Shown here: positions 35,815 through 45,317 of the stretch, piece by piece
Layout of the letters: each line of letters starts with the position of its first letter
Numbering within the stretch: position 1 is the first letter of the stretch
Virus record (IMG/VR): IMGVR_UViG_3300017649_000199
DNA from: a virus
Reading direction: 5' to 3' (one strand)
Length of the DNA: 64,000 nucleotides
Notes under the pieces: generated by a model
Told to the model about the DNA's origin: nothing
Seen by the model: only the letters and a program-made list of their open reading frames with translations
The model's database searches: none
Made by a program: the position numbers and the translations under genes

Positions 35815-36281
35815 AGGTAGAGGCCCTGGGAGTTTGTCGGGCTATAGCTCTGCGCCGGCACGCGCTGGTTGAGGAAGTCCTCTTCATGGCCGAGGGAGAG
35901 CGTTACCTGCATCACGTCGGCGTCGGCGCTTAGCACGGAGAACTCGGACGGCCCTAGGATGGGGCTGTCTGGCTCGCTTGCCGTCACAAGTTCGAGCGTT
36001 GCCTGAGGCACACCCTCGAACTCGCGCAGCAGCCGCGTCACGTCCCTCTCGACGTTGTCGATGCGAACCGCTACGGTCGCGCCACGCTCGTCGCTGTCCT
36101 CCGGGAACTCCGGCTCAAACGGATAGGGCTGGTACACCCCATCCGCTTTCGCCAGCGGCTCAGTGTTGTTGACGATGCGGAACGTCTCACCGGCCACGAT
36201 CTTTAGGCACGGCAGGAAAACCTCGGCTGTGTCCTGGGCGAGGATCGCCCTCGCCTGTGCTGTCGTGAGAACCCTGGCCAT
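35811..36281 (-). CDS. Tail tip protein (DUF1833 / gpL-like)
   Basis: RIVNNTE, PYPF, RIDNV, P..Y.P....GL. Confidence 0.8.
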   Translation of the reverse strand: MARVLTTAQARAILAQDTAEVFLPCLKIVAGETFRIVNNTEPLAKADGVYQPYPFEPEFPEDSDERGATVAVRIDNVERDVTRLLREFEGVPQATLELVTASEPDSPILGPSEFSVLSADADVMQVTLSLGHEEDFLNQRVPAQSYSPTNSQGLYL

Positions 36282-38377
36282 TACCGAAGTTCCGAGTTCG
36301 GCGCGGCGTAGCCTGGCGATGACAGTGGCAGGCCCGAGGAACCAACCACTGCGCCGGTGGACAGCAGTTCAAGTCCCACCGCAGCCGCAGGCAATACAGC
36401 TGCACCACCCGAATGCGCCCCATTCCCGCTGAATGACCAGCCAAGCATGTTGCGAGACCCCTTGCGGTACTGAAAGGCGATATCAAGGTCGCCAACCGCC
36501 AAGGAAATCGGGGACCAAGCATAGCCGCCGCGGTAGTTGTACGACTGGCCGGCCGCCATAGCCAGATTGACCGATGCGACGACGGCTTGGTAGAACTTCC
36601 AGCTACTGGCGTTCTTGCGCAGCAGCGGCGACGCATCAGCGACATGGCTATGGTCTCCAAGCCCCACTGCTGGGTCGAGCCACGAGATCTGGTCGCCGTA
36701 CGACCCCCGGCAGGCTATCGCCCATGCTTCCGGGGCAACCGACTTGGCCCCCGAATCCACAACCAACTCAGCTGATTGCCTGCCCTGTGCTGCGCCACCG
36801 AGGAAATGCACGCTGCTTTCGTAAGCATCGCCGCGCATCTGCAGCCCATTGTCCGTGCGGATGGTAAGCGGCTCCAGGGCCGTGTGTTCGATCATGACCT
36901 CTATCATCCCGGCTCGGAACTTGGCCACCACGGTCTGCCGCAATGCGTACCGCTCCAGCGTCACAGTGTTCGACGCCATCAGCTCATTGACCCATTGGAC
37001 AACTACCTCCGTGGCGCGACCGCCCCACGTTTGACCAGGCACAAGCTTCGCGCCGTCGACCCAGCAATCCCAAGAAACCATCCGCGCCGTTTTCGCTCCA
37101 CTGGCATCACCAGCACTACCATGGTTGCCGCCGGTGTAGATCAGTCCCGCGCCATCTCCGACATCGGTGACAAGCGCGATCGGCGGAATCCAGTCCGTCG
37201 TACTGGTGCTGATGGTCGTCCAGGTTCCCGATTCGACTTCCACCGTAGCCGGCGAGCGGTCCAAGCCCAAGAAGTTGAACAGTGAATTGAACCCGTTGGG
37301 CTCCCAACGCGTGCGCAACAGGCTCGTCGCATCATGGCGCCAAGCCATCGACACTGCCCGCGTCGCCTCATTGATGGAGAACAGAGCAGGAGCTTTGGAT
37401 GCCGACGACTCCAGTGCGTTCGCAGTTGAGTAGTCATAGCAAGAGGGATCGATGATCCAGCTATAGCCCGCGCGCGCGGACGTGCTGGCATTGATCGACG
37501 TTCCCCACGCGGGCAGCTTTGAAGTGTCCACCGTGATCTGCACCGAAACCCCCGGGACCCGCGTCGAGATAATCTCGATGGTCTCCGGCTTGCCCGACAA
37601 AGGTATCTCTGGGGCGGCATCCGTGCGCGCCTGAACAACAGTTGAGGCGGAACTCGTTGCATAAGTCGCCGCATCGTGCTCGTAGATCGCCCAGCCCCAA
37701 GGATGCGAACCTGCGAGCTCTGTGGAGCCATTGGTGAAGTACCTGATGGCATAGAACTTTCCCCGGCGGGCACCAACCACCCGGACTTTCAGAAGGCTAT
37801 CTGCCAGCACCTGGCTACGCGCCGAGTTGACCGCGTTGTAGATCGCAGAGCGCTGCGGAAAGTCTGCGCCGCGGTTGAGCAGCAGTTCCCCCGTCACCTT
37901 TATCGCAGCAACATCGGCCGCGATCTGGGTGGTGCGATCAGTCGAGAGAACCCACGCCGATCCGCTCCAACGGTAGGTTCCGTTGTTTGCGGCCGTTGCG
38001 TCATTAGTCACCATCGCCAGTGCATTTGCAGTTCCGGTCGCTGGCAGATCGGCCTTCGTCGCATAGCCCGGGATACCCGATCCTTGGGATGCCTCAAGCT
38101 GGCCAATCTTGGTGGTGTTCTGCGAGCCGACATTTTCCGCGGCCTGGACCCGGATGCGCAGACCGTCCTGGCCGACTTCGACACCTGCCACGCGTGCGTC
38201 GATGGTGGCCTGCTCCTCTTGGACTTGTGCGATCTGCTCTGCCATGGCCGTAGGCACCGGCAGCTGCCCAACGGGCGCAAGGACAGATTTCCCGCCTCGG
38301 ACAAGTCGGACCTGGTCAGAGACGCCGGGGGAGACGGTAGGAAGGTCGCTCTCTGCGATGCGTTCGAGAATGCTCAC
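36281..38377 (-). CDS. Putative tail fibre / receptor-binding protein
   Basis: 698 aa; coiled N-terminus, YATKADLP...NNGTYRWSGSAW fibre motif, beta-rich C-terminus. Confidence 0.6.
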   Translation of the reverse strand: MSILERIAESDLPTVSPGVSDQVRLVRGGKSVLAPVGQLPVPTAMAEQIAQVQEEQATIDARVAGVEVGQDGLRIRVQAAENVGSQNTTKIGQLEASQGSGIPGYATKADLPATGTANALAMVTNDATAANNGTYRWSGSAWVLSTDRTTQIAADVAAIKVTGELLLNRGADFPQRSAIYNAVNSARSQVLADSLLKVRVVGARRGKFYAIRYFTNGSTELAGSHPWGWAIYEHDAATYATSSASTVVQARTDAAPEIPLSGKPETIEIISTRVPGVSVQITVDTSKLPAWGTSINASTSARAGYSWIIDPSCYDYSTANALESSASKAPALFSINEATRAVSMAWRHDATSLLRTRWEPNGFNSLFNFLGLDRSPATVEVESGTWTTISTSTTDWIPPIALVTDVGDGAGLIYTGGNHGSAGDASGAKTARMVSWDCWVDGAKLVPGQTWGGRATEVVVQWVNELMASNTVTLERYALRQTVVAKFRAGMIEVMIEHTALEPLTIRTDNGLQMRGDAYESSVHFLGGAAQGRQSAELVVDSGAKSVAPEAWAIACRGSYGDQISWLDPAVGLGDHSHVADASPLLRKNASSWKFYQAVVASVNLAMAAGQSYNYRGGYAWSPISLAVGDLDIAFQYRKGSRNMLGWSFSGNGAHSGGAAVLPAAAVGLELLSTGAVVGSSGLPLSSPGYAAPNSELR

Positions 38378-38811
38378 GTGGTCATGCCCTCGTCGGTGTC
38401 AGTTGCAAGCTGGTCGCCCAGCTCATTGGTGATAGGGAACATGCCGTTGAACGGCGTGCGAAGCTCAAGCTGCACGTCGGCGCGCCACAGTCGACCCGTC
38501 CCGAGCGGCGAGAAGATCGGCCGCGCCCTGAATGCGTATACCGCCGTCGCCTTGGCTGGGTCCCTGAACTCGACCCAGAGGAACGGAAGAACGTCCGCGC
38601 AGGTGATGCAGGCAAAGTCCTGCAGCACCTGCACCCCAGCGCGGCTAAGTACCAACTGGAAAACGACATCCTCATAGGCCCGAGTTGACCGGCGGCGCGC
38701 CTTGCCGCCGCCCGGAAACTGCGACCGGATGACATTGCTCTGCGGGCTGTAGCTGACCGCGTCCACCAGCGGACCCGGTAGGCTTGAAGGCCACACTGGA
38801 TTGCTCATCAT
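38374..38811 (-). CDS. Distal tail protein (gpM/Dit-like)
   Basis: WPSSLPGP, RSQF.GG.KARRR; directly after tape measure. Confidence 0.75.
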   Translation of the reverse strand: MMSNPVWPSSLPGPLVDAVSYSPQSNVIRSQFPGGGKARRRSTRAYEDVVFQLVLSRAGVQVLQDFACITCADVLPFLWVEFRDPAKATAVYAFRARPIFSPLGTGRLWRADVQLELRTPFNGMFPITNELGDQLATDTDEGMTT

Positions 38812-41636
38812 CTCCTCGCTACACCTTGACGTTTGACCCCGAAGCTCTGGCCCATGACGGCATCGAACTCGCCACGCGCCATTGCGGACTTGACCCCATT
38901 CGTGGCGAGCCGGATGAGCAGCGTTCCATCCGGCATGACCTGCGCATTCGCGCTATCAACCTCTTGGGCTTGGCCGTTGTTGGTCCATTCGATCCTGACC
39001 TGCGGCGCCCCGGCACCTGCTGCAGAGACACCCAGGCGCCCGTCCGGGCCGCGCCGGAGCGGCATGATCGCTTCCGGCCCCGCTTCTCCGAACACGCCGG
39101 CACCCTTGGCGAACGCGAACAGGTGCGGGCTGTCGTACACCCCGCCCGAGTAGGCCGACAGGCTCGGCGAGTTGTAGGCGCCGCCCTTGGCGTTGGGGAT
39201 CAGCTGCCCCATCAGTCCAGCGGTGATGCTCTGCGTTCCGCCGCTCACGAGCGCGTTGCCCGTCGCAGTAGTGCCACCGAACAATCCCGCCAAGGCACTG
39301 GCGAGCGGGCCGGTGATGCCCTGCCGCACGGCGATGCGTGCAAGGTCGGCGATGATCGAATCGGCAAGGTCGGAGACAGATGCCTTGCCGGTCTTGACGA
39401 AGCGCACGATGGCATCCTCTGCGCCCCCGAACGTGGAGGCGAACATGTCGCGCGACTGGCTGGCTACGTCCGCGACCGAAGCAAGGTAGTCCTCCAGCGC
39501 GGCATTGGCGCCCACGCGCCAGTCGCCCATCAGCGCCAGCCGCCGCTGCTGAAACTCCCTCTCCGCCTCCAACATCCGTTCGCGGCTCGCACGCAGCTCC
39601 TGTTCCTGCCGCCGCCACTCCTCCGAATCGGCGGCCACACCCCGGTCGCGGATCTGCTTCAAGCCCTCCTCGTACTCGCGCTGGATGTCCAGCTGCCGGC
39701 GCAGCATCTCGACGGCATCACCGCCCCTCCCGTAGGACAGCAGGTCGATGGTGTTGGCACGAAGCCGGTTCTCCTCGGAGACCCGAATCTGCGCCTGTAG
39801 CCGCTGCAGCTGTTCCGTGGCGCGCGCCTCCTTCTCCTTGGCGTCCACCAGCTCGCCGGTCGCGTCCAGTTGCTTGAGCAGCCGGTTGATCTCGGCGCGG
39901 CGCTCCGGCGCGGCCTTGGCGCCCAGGTCGAGCAGTTCCTGTTCCACCTGGACGCGCAGGCGCTGGCTGGTCGTCAGCTTCGCCTCCGCCTGCAACTGCT
40001 CGGTGTTCAAGGCGATCTGCTGCTTGATCCGCTGCGCCAGTGCCACGGTCGGATCGGTCGACTTGCGCCCCTTCGACTCCGCCTCGGCGAACCTCTTGCG
40101 GGATGCCGCGATCTGCTCGTCAATTTTCGCCTGATCCAGCCCCAGCTTCTTGCCGGCCTCCTGGATTCGCTTCTCCTCGGCCTGCTGCTTCTCGCGCTTG
40201 CTGAGGTTCTGGCCGACCCACCGATCCCACTCCTCCTGGGCCTTTTTGCGTTCCTCTCGGGCCTTCGCCTCTGCTTTGGAGTCGACCACGTTGTCCCACG
40301 TCGACGTAACCCCAAAGGAGGGAGGGCCGCCAGCACTCGCTTTGCCGCGCAACCACTGCTTCCCTAGTGCATTCAGCAACGTGGCACCGCTCGACGCCCA
40401 GTTGTCCGGGATGAGGTATGCAAGTTGCCCCTGTGCAATCCCCAATTGACGGAGACCACCTGTGGCGCCGCCCTTTCCGCCAGACAAAAGAGACTCCGAT
40501 GCCTTCTGCTTCTCGATCAACTGATCCAGCAGCTGCATGTAAACGCCAAGTTCGCCCCAAGCATGCGTCGTGTCGTCCTTTACGTCACGCCACCAGCGAG
40601 ACAGAGAGGACAGAGTGGCGTCGGCCTTGGTGGCAACGTCATCCAAGTGCTCGCCGTAGATGCGCACACCCTCGGCCGCGGCATCCTGTGCCCGCCCCTC
40701 ATCCTCCAGAGCGGCCACACGCCGGAGCTGGGTGTCGGTCAGGAAGTGCTCCGTCTCGTTCAGCTTGAGCAGGGCGGCGACTGGAGATTTTGCGATCTCC
40801 TCGAACTTGGCGACGGTTTTGTCCACCCCGTCGCCCATGGACGACTGCATACGAGCGGATGCGCGCGTGACGATGTCGAACTGCTCACCAGCGAACCGGC
40901 CCGAATTGGCGACCGCCATGATGGCGTCCGCGGCGCCTCCGCGGGAAACCCCCTCAAGCGCATCCAGGTTTGCGATCAACTCTTGGAAGTCGCCGGTCAG
41001 CGCGGCAGTGCTCGCGCCGGTGCGGATGAGAATACGGTCGAACTCGGCCTGCTGTTCCGCTACGGTGTATCCGGCGTAGGCCAGCGCCCCCAGGGCACCC
41101 GCCGCGATGGTTGCCGGGTTGATCATGGCCGCGAGCTGCGCCCCGAGCGCCTGCGCCGCCGGAGCGATGCCACCGAACATGTCCTTGAGCTGGCCACCCT
41201 GCTGCAGGAGGACCGTCATCGGACGCTGGCCGCCCTGCAGGGAGACAAAGATGTCGGTGATCTGAGCCGGCGTGCCGCGGAGCGCAGCGGCCTGCTGAGC
41301 GGCGCTGACGCCGTACTTGTTCAGTTCGGCGCTTGCCTTCTTTGCCGCGGCCTCGCCGGACGCCAGCTTCTTCACGATCTCGTCCAGGATCGGGCCGCTG
41401 GTGCGCAATGAGGCGTTGTAGGCCAGTTGCTGCGCCTTGGTCATGCCAAGGGTATCGGCCTGCCGCACCAGCGCATCGACACGGCGCTTCTCGGCGCCGG
41501 CCAACTGCTGGTACTGCTGCTGGGCGGACGTGGACATGTCCGACACAGCACGCTTTGCTGCGGAAACGGCGGAGTCGAACTGCGACGTATCGACGGTTAC
41601 ATCGATGCGCGCAGTACCGATGGCGGCGTCTGTCAT
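38808..41636 (-). CDS. Tape measure protein
   Basis: QITDIFVSLQGGQRPMTVLLQQGGQLKDMFGG, helical repeats, GEAGPEAIMPL. Confidence 0.95.
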   Translation of the reverse strand: MTDAAIGTARIDVTVDTSQFDSAVSAAKRAVSDMSTSAQQQYQQLAGAEKRRVDALVRQADTLGMTKAQQLAYNASLRTSGPILDEIVKKLASGEAAAKKASAELNKYGVSAAQQAAALRGTPAQITDIFVSLQGGQRPMTVLLQQGGQLKDMFGGIAPAAQALGAQLAAMINPATIAAGALGALAYAGYTVAEQQAEFDRILIRTGASTAALTGDFQELIANLDALEGVSRGGAADAIMAVANSGRFAGEQFDIVTRASARMQSSMGDGVDKTVAKFEEIAKSPVAALLKLNETEHFLTDTQLRRVAALEDEGRAQDAAAEGVRIYGEHLDDVATKADATLSSLSRWWRDVKDDTTHAWGELGVYMQLLDQLIEKQKASESLLSGGKGGATGGLRQLGIAQGQLAYLIPDNWASSGATLLNALGKQWLRGKASAGGPPSFGVTSTWDNVVDSKAEAKAREERKKAQEEWDRWVGQNLSKREKQQAEEKRIQEAGKKLGLDQAKIDEQIAASRKRFAEAESKGRKSTDPTVALAQRIKQQIALNTEQLQAEAKLTTSQRLRVQVEQELLDLGAKAAPERRAEINRLLKQLDATGELVDAKEKEARATEQLQRLQAQIRVSEENRLRANTIDLLSYGRGGDAVEMLRRQLDIQREYEEGLKQIRDRGVAADSEEWRRQEQELRASRERMLEAEREFQQRRLALMGDWRVGANAALEDYLASVADVASQSRDMFASTFGGAEDAIVRFVKTGKASVSDLADSIIADLARIAVRQGITGPLASALAGLFGGTTATGNALVSGGTQSITAGLMGQLIPNAKGGAYNSPSLSAYSGGVYDSPHLFAFAKGAGVFGEAGPEAIMPLRRGPDGRLGVSAAGAGAPQVRIEWTNNGQAQEVDSANAQVMPDGTLLIRLATNGVKSAMARGEFDAVMGQSFGVKRQGVARR

Positions 41637-41654
41637 TGCTTTTCCTCGGGCAAT

Positions 41655-41677
41655 AAAAAACCCGCCAGAAGGCGGGT
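41655..41677 (-). terminator. Intrinsic terminator after moron
   Basis: ACCCGCC-TTCT-GGCGGGT followed by T-run on minus strand. Confidence 0.8.
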
Positions 41678-41705
41678 CTATGGGCGTCACTGAATTGAAG
41701 AGGGG

Positions 41706-41927
41706 CTATGTGCCCGCTCGGGCATCGAGCCAGAACCGGATACACCACACGGCGAGCACAACACCAGCGCTCGCCAATGCAATGACTGTAAGCCAGGATG
41801 CGCCAATGCTGCTTCCCGGCTTTTGTGGGACAAGAGACGGCTGAGGAATAGGCGCCCCGCACCCTGGACACGCGGCGGCCTTGTCGCTCACCTCGCGGCC
41901 GCATTCCGTGCATTTGATCAGCGCCAT
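41706..41927 (-). CDS. Zinc-ribbon membrane protein (moron)
   Basis: CTECG...CPGCG plus C-terminal TM helix. Confidence 0.8.
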   Translation of the reverse strand: MALIKCTECGREVSDKAAACPGCGAPIPQPSLVPQKPGSSIGASWLTVIALASAGVVLAVWCIRFWLDARAGT

Positions 41928-41971
41928 GGTTCCCCGCCCCTTCTGTTGACGGGCGGATCGTAGCAGGATCG

Positions 41972-42290
41972 CTACCTGCTGGCCTCCGCGAAGTGCGCCA
42001 GAGCTGCCGCTTCGATGACCCGGATTCCCGCCATCACCTCCTCTCGGCGGTCTCCCGAGAGCCCCTCACGGTCCAGCTCCCGGTGCACCTCTTGGTAGTC
42101 CAGTCCTATCAGGCCCCCGGCGCTGCTGCGCCACTGGGTGGAGACCCGCGAATAGATCGTGATCGGCAAGGCGCACTCCGGCCACAGCTCAACCTCGGGC
42201 GCGGTGAAGTGCTTGGCCTTGAGGCCGGTGCCGGCAAGCTCGGCCTCGGTGGGGGCGCGCCAGTACAACGCCCCCACCGCCTCTGTCAGT
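41972..42290 (-). CDS. Tail assembly chaperone frameshift extension (gpT-like, DUF1799)
   Basis: STQWR...GLDY...IRVIEAAAL; reached by -1 frameshift. Confidence 0.8.
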
Positions 42291-42594
42291 TTCCCTTGCG
42301 GGCCACCTGGATCGCCTGGGCATAGCCGTGGATGATCGCCGTGTCCAGGCCGATCTGATGCTGCAGAGCCATCTCCACGCCGTCGGTGTCCAGGTCCACG
42401 TCCGCATCCCACTCGGCCACCAGGTCCAGGACCACCTGCGCCGCGCTGACCTCGCCGGCCGCCAGCTTGTCCATCAGCTCCTTGTAGGCATCCTTGAGCA
42501 GGTGCCGGTACTTCACCTTCAGCTTCTGCTCGCGGCCCTGCCCCACGATGGTCAGGGTTGCGTCGAAGGTCTCCGGTGCCTTGACCTTGAACAT
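42286..42594 (-). CDS. Tail assembly chaperone (gpG-like)
   Basis: Follows tail tube; ends RKGN. Confidence 0.85.
   Translation of the reverse strand: MFKVKAPETFDATLTIVGQGREQKLKVKYRHLLKDAYKELMDKLAAGEVSAAQVVLDLVAEWDADVDLDTDGVEMALQHQIGLDTAIIHGYAQAIQVARKGN
42289..42295 (-). promoter_or_regulatory. Programmed -1 ribosomal frameshift slippery site G GGA AAC
   Basis: XXXYYYZ heptamer just before the gpG stop; -1 frame is open. Confidence 0.85.
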
Positions 42595-43253
42595 CAGGCG
42601 GCCTCCACCAGGATCGAATCGGCCAAGGCCGTGAACGTCGCCGTGGTGCCCATCGGGGTGTTCGCGGCCATGGTCGGGTCACCGTCGTAGCTCAGGTAGC
42701 CATACCAATACAGAACGTCACCACCGGCAAGTTTGGCCCGCAGCACCACCGGTTCGCCCTTGGCGTCGACCGTCTTCAGCGCCGGGTACCACGGCTTGGA
42801 AGGATCGTAGTAGAGCGGGATGGTGATGGTCTTGGCGTTCTTGAAGGTCGGGATCTGGATCTGGCGGCCGGTCGGGTCCTCCAGCAGGGTGCCGCTCCAG
42901 TACTGCTGCTCGCCGCCAGCGGTGGTCGGGTCGCCCTGCTGGTCCAGGTCGATGAAGGCGGCGGCCTTGCGCAGGAAGCCCGCGCCGCTGGTGCCCGGGT
43001 AGAGGGCGGTATCGGTGGTGTCGGTGCCGAGCAGTTCGATCGCGCCAGCAGACTCAGCGCCGGCGCGAGTCGTTCGATTGTTCAGTGCCGGCCAGCCGGG
43101 GATTTCCAGCACCACCACGTCGTCGGTGTCGACTGCACCGGCGGCGACGCTCGCCAGCGCGGGCGACGCCTTGGAGATCCCCGTGGTTGCGATCTTGGTG
43201 GCCACCACCGGCGCGAAACCGAACTGGGTGCCCTTCGGGAGCTTGAGTGCCAT
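42594..43253 (-). CDS. Major tail tube protein
   Basis: MALKLPKGT, GGEQQY; position after tail terminator. Confidence 0.88.
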   Translation of the reverse strand: MALKLPKGTQFGFAPVVATKIATTGISKASPALASVAAGAVDTDDVVVLEIPGWPALNNRTTRAGAESAGAIELLGTDTTDTALYPGTSGAGFLRKAAAFIDLDQQGDPTTAGGEQQYWSGTLLEDPTGRQIQIPTFKNAKTITIPLYYDPSKPWYPALKTVDAKGEPVVLRAKLAGGDVLYWYGYLSYDGDPTMAANTPMGTTATFTALADSILVEAA

Positions 43254-43276
43254 TCTTCTTACCTCGCTTGGGTCAA

Positions 43277-43302
43277 TAAAAAACCCGGCGCGAGGCCGGG
43301 TG
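43277..43302 (-). terminator. Intrinsic terminator
   Basis: ACCCGGC/GCCGGGT hairpin plus T-run. Confidence 0.65.
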
Positions 43303-43328
43303 GTTGGGGTTGGTGCTGGGTGGATCGG

Positions 43329-43685
43329 TCAGGGGTCGGGATACCACAGCCCGAAGTCCTGCCGGGCTGTGTACTTCTTGATGGCGTCCGCGTACCCGGA
43401 CACGGCGGCGCCCAGCGGCTCGGACTTCGGCATGCCGGTGCAGATGCGGTCCTCGATCTGCCGCATCAACGTGTTGGCCTGCGCGCGCGTGTCCGCCCAT
43501 AGGGTGATCTGCACCCTGGCGTGCTTGTGGTCAGGCATTGCGCCCTCGCTGAACCACAGGGAGCGGCCGCCCACCTGCTGGTAGACAGCGCACGGGTACT
43601 GCGGGTTGTCGGGCGGCACATCCGGGTCGAACCGACCGTCCAGGAGCGGTTCCAACAGGGCGGTCAACTGCGGCTCATAGCTCAT
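43329..43685 (-). CDS. Tail terminator (DUF3168-like)
   Basis: PCAVYQQVGG, RVQITLWA. Confidence 0.8.
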   Translation of the reverse strand: MSYEPQLTALLEPLLDGRFDPDVPPDNPQYPCAVYQQVGGRSLWFSEGAMPDHKHARVQITLWADTRAQANTLMRQIEDRICTGMPKSEPLGAAVSGYADAIKKYTARQDFGLWYPDP

Positions 43686-44172
43686 CGTCGCCTCCCTTGC
43701 CGGCCAGCAGCTCCGGCAACCGCGTCCGACCGCGCTCGATCATCGCCGCCTTCGCGCGCTCACCGGCTGCATCCAGCGCCGGCCGCAGGAACGGATCGGC
43801 CGGCACCCACTTGGGCGACGCCAGCGGCGCGCCGGTGTACCACTCGCCGTCCTTGCCCTTGTAGCGCGCGTGCGTCTGCCAGTGCCCGAACTCGACCAGG
43901 TGCCCGTGCGGCGCCGTCTTGGCGTTCCAACTCACCGCGTAGACCTCCGCCTTGTCGGTCGATGCCTTGTCCCGGTACGCCAGATAGATCGCGCCGCGCA
44001 GCAGGCCGGGCCGTTTGCTCCCCTCGCCTACCGACGCGCGCGACTGGGCTTCGTCCCGCAGCACCTTGCCGCCGGCCACCGCCATGGAGCGCGCCAGCTG
44101 GTGGCGGACATCGGCCAGCAGGTCCAAGCCCTGCAAGGCATCGCTGAAATCGACGTTCGCCTTGATGGTCAT
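43675..44172 (-). CDS. HK97 gp10-like neck/tail completion protein
   Basis: GLLR.AI, HLVEFGH, PFLRPA. Confidence 0.85.
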   Translation of the reverse strand: MTIKANVDFSDALQGLDLLADVRHQLARSMAVAGGKVLRDEAQSRASVGEGSKRPGLLRGAIYLAYRDKASTDKAEVYAVSWNAKTAPHGHLVEFGHWQTHARYKGKDGEWYTGAPLASPKWVPADPFLRPALDAAGERAKAAMIERGRTRLPELLAGKGGDDEL

Positions 44173-44519
44173 CCGCTGTTCCCGCCTTGCTCGGTGATGA
44201 TCCACGCCGCCGTGCGGTCCTTCATGTCGCGGGTGGCACCCTTGATGTCGAACACCAGCCCGTCGTAGACGATCCGCATGCCGGGGTTGATGCCCAGCCG
44301 GCCGACAACTTCGAAGCGCACCAGGAAGCTGTAGCGGGCGATGGAAGCGGGTGCGCCGGCCTGCAGGTTGGAGCGGATGGCACCAAGGCCAGTCTCGCCC
44401 GCGATGCCGGCCATGATCTCATCCACCAGTTCCCATCCTTGGTTGGGCTGGCCCCAGCTGTCCGACCCGGACGCCGGCCGCTCGACGCGGACCTTTCGGT
44501 TGAGCTTTCCTGCGCGCAT
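44169..44519 (-). CDS. Head closure / head-tail adaptor
   Basis: MRAGKLNRKV, DSWGQP, MRIVY. Confidence 0.85.
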   Translation of the reverse strand: MRAGKLNRKVRVERPASGSDSWGQPNQGWELVDEIMAGIAGETGLGAIRSNLQAGAPASIARYSFLVRFEVVGRLGINPGMRIVYDGLVFDIKGATRDMKDRTAAWIITEQGGNSG

Positions 44520-44827
44520 CAGAATGCCTTCCTGTACCAGAGCAGCCTTTCGACGCCGAACTGGACTTCGGTGGATACCTCGCCGATGACCACCGCCTCT
44601 CGGTTTGCGGCCCAATGGCCCACCAGCAGCAACGCGGCCTGCATCACATCCGGCTCGAGCTTCATTTCATCCGGCCCGGAAGGATCACCCTCGACCAGCT
44701 TCCGGTCGCAGTGCTGCTCGACGTGTGCCAGCGCAGCCGCCACGTACTGCTGGAGCAGCGCATCGTCCACGTCGGCGACGACGTTGCACTGTTTCCGCAC
44801 CAGCTCAAGGTCGAGGGTGACGGCCAT
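44519..44827 (-). CDS. Head-tail connector (gp6-like)
   Basis: QAALLLVGHWAANRE, LLWYR. Confidence 0.9.
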   Translation of the reverse strand: MAVTLDLELVRKQCNVVADVDDALLQQYVAAALAHVEQHCDRKLVEGDPSGPDEMKLEPDVMQAALLLVGHWAANREAVVIGEVSTEVQFGVERLLWYRKAF

Positions 44828-45264
44828 CAGGAGGGCTCCTTGCTCTTCTGGGCCTCTTCCAGCGCCGCGGCCAGGCGGGCAATGCCCCAGCGCCGGTCGA
44901 ACTCAGCGCCGGCGGCCTCGAGCTGCTGGATCAGGTGCTGTTTCTCATCACCGCCCGACTCGGCCACATCGGCTTCGCCGCGCTCGGCCTCTTCCCCCGC
45001 GTCCTCAGGCTGCCCCTCAGCGGTGTTCGCGCCATCGCCGGCCGAGGAGCCGCTCGTGTCCTGCTTGGTTTCGGTCGGCTTGGCCGGCTTCGCTTCCTTG
45101 GGCGCGGCACCGGCCGGGAGTTGCACCACCAGGCCCTTGCCGATCAGGACGTGGGCATATTCGGGGTCAACGCCTTCGAACACCTGCCCGGCCTTCACGT
45201 CCGCGGACGCGGCCTTGAGTTTGGGGGCGTCGCCGCGGAAGCCCCACAACGCTTTGATCTTCAT
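44827..45264 (-). CDS. Hypothetical head-associated protein
   Basis: Post-capsid small gene; LIGKGLV motif, acidic linker. Confidence 0.7.
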   Translation of the reverse strand: MKIKALWGFRGDAPKLKAASADVKAGQVFEGVDPEYAHVLIGKGLVVQLPAGAAPKEAKPAKPTETKQDTSGSSAGDGANTAEGQPEDAGEEAERGEADVAESGGDEKQHLIQQLEAAGAEFDRRWGIARLAAALEEAQKSKEPS

Positions 45265-45317
45265 CTTGCTCCTCCGTAGTGAGAAGAGGCCGGCGCAAGG
45301 CCGGCCCCTGTCTGGCA

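Noticed and set aside
36281..38377. Diversity-generating retroelement or invertible tail-fibre system
   Set aside because: No reverse transcriptase, invertase, or TR/VR repeat pair seen in the window
42286..42295. Frameshift mutation (pseudogene) in tail chaperone
   Set aside because: Canonical programmed -1 G/GT frameshift of long-tailed phages
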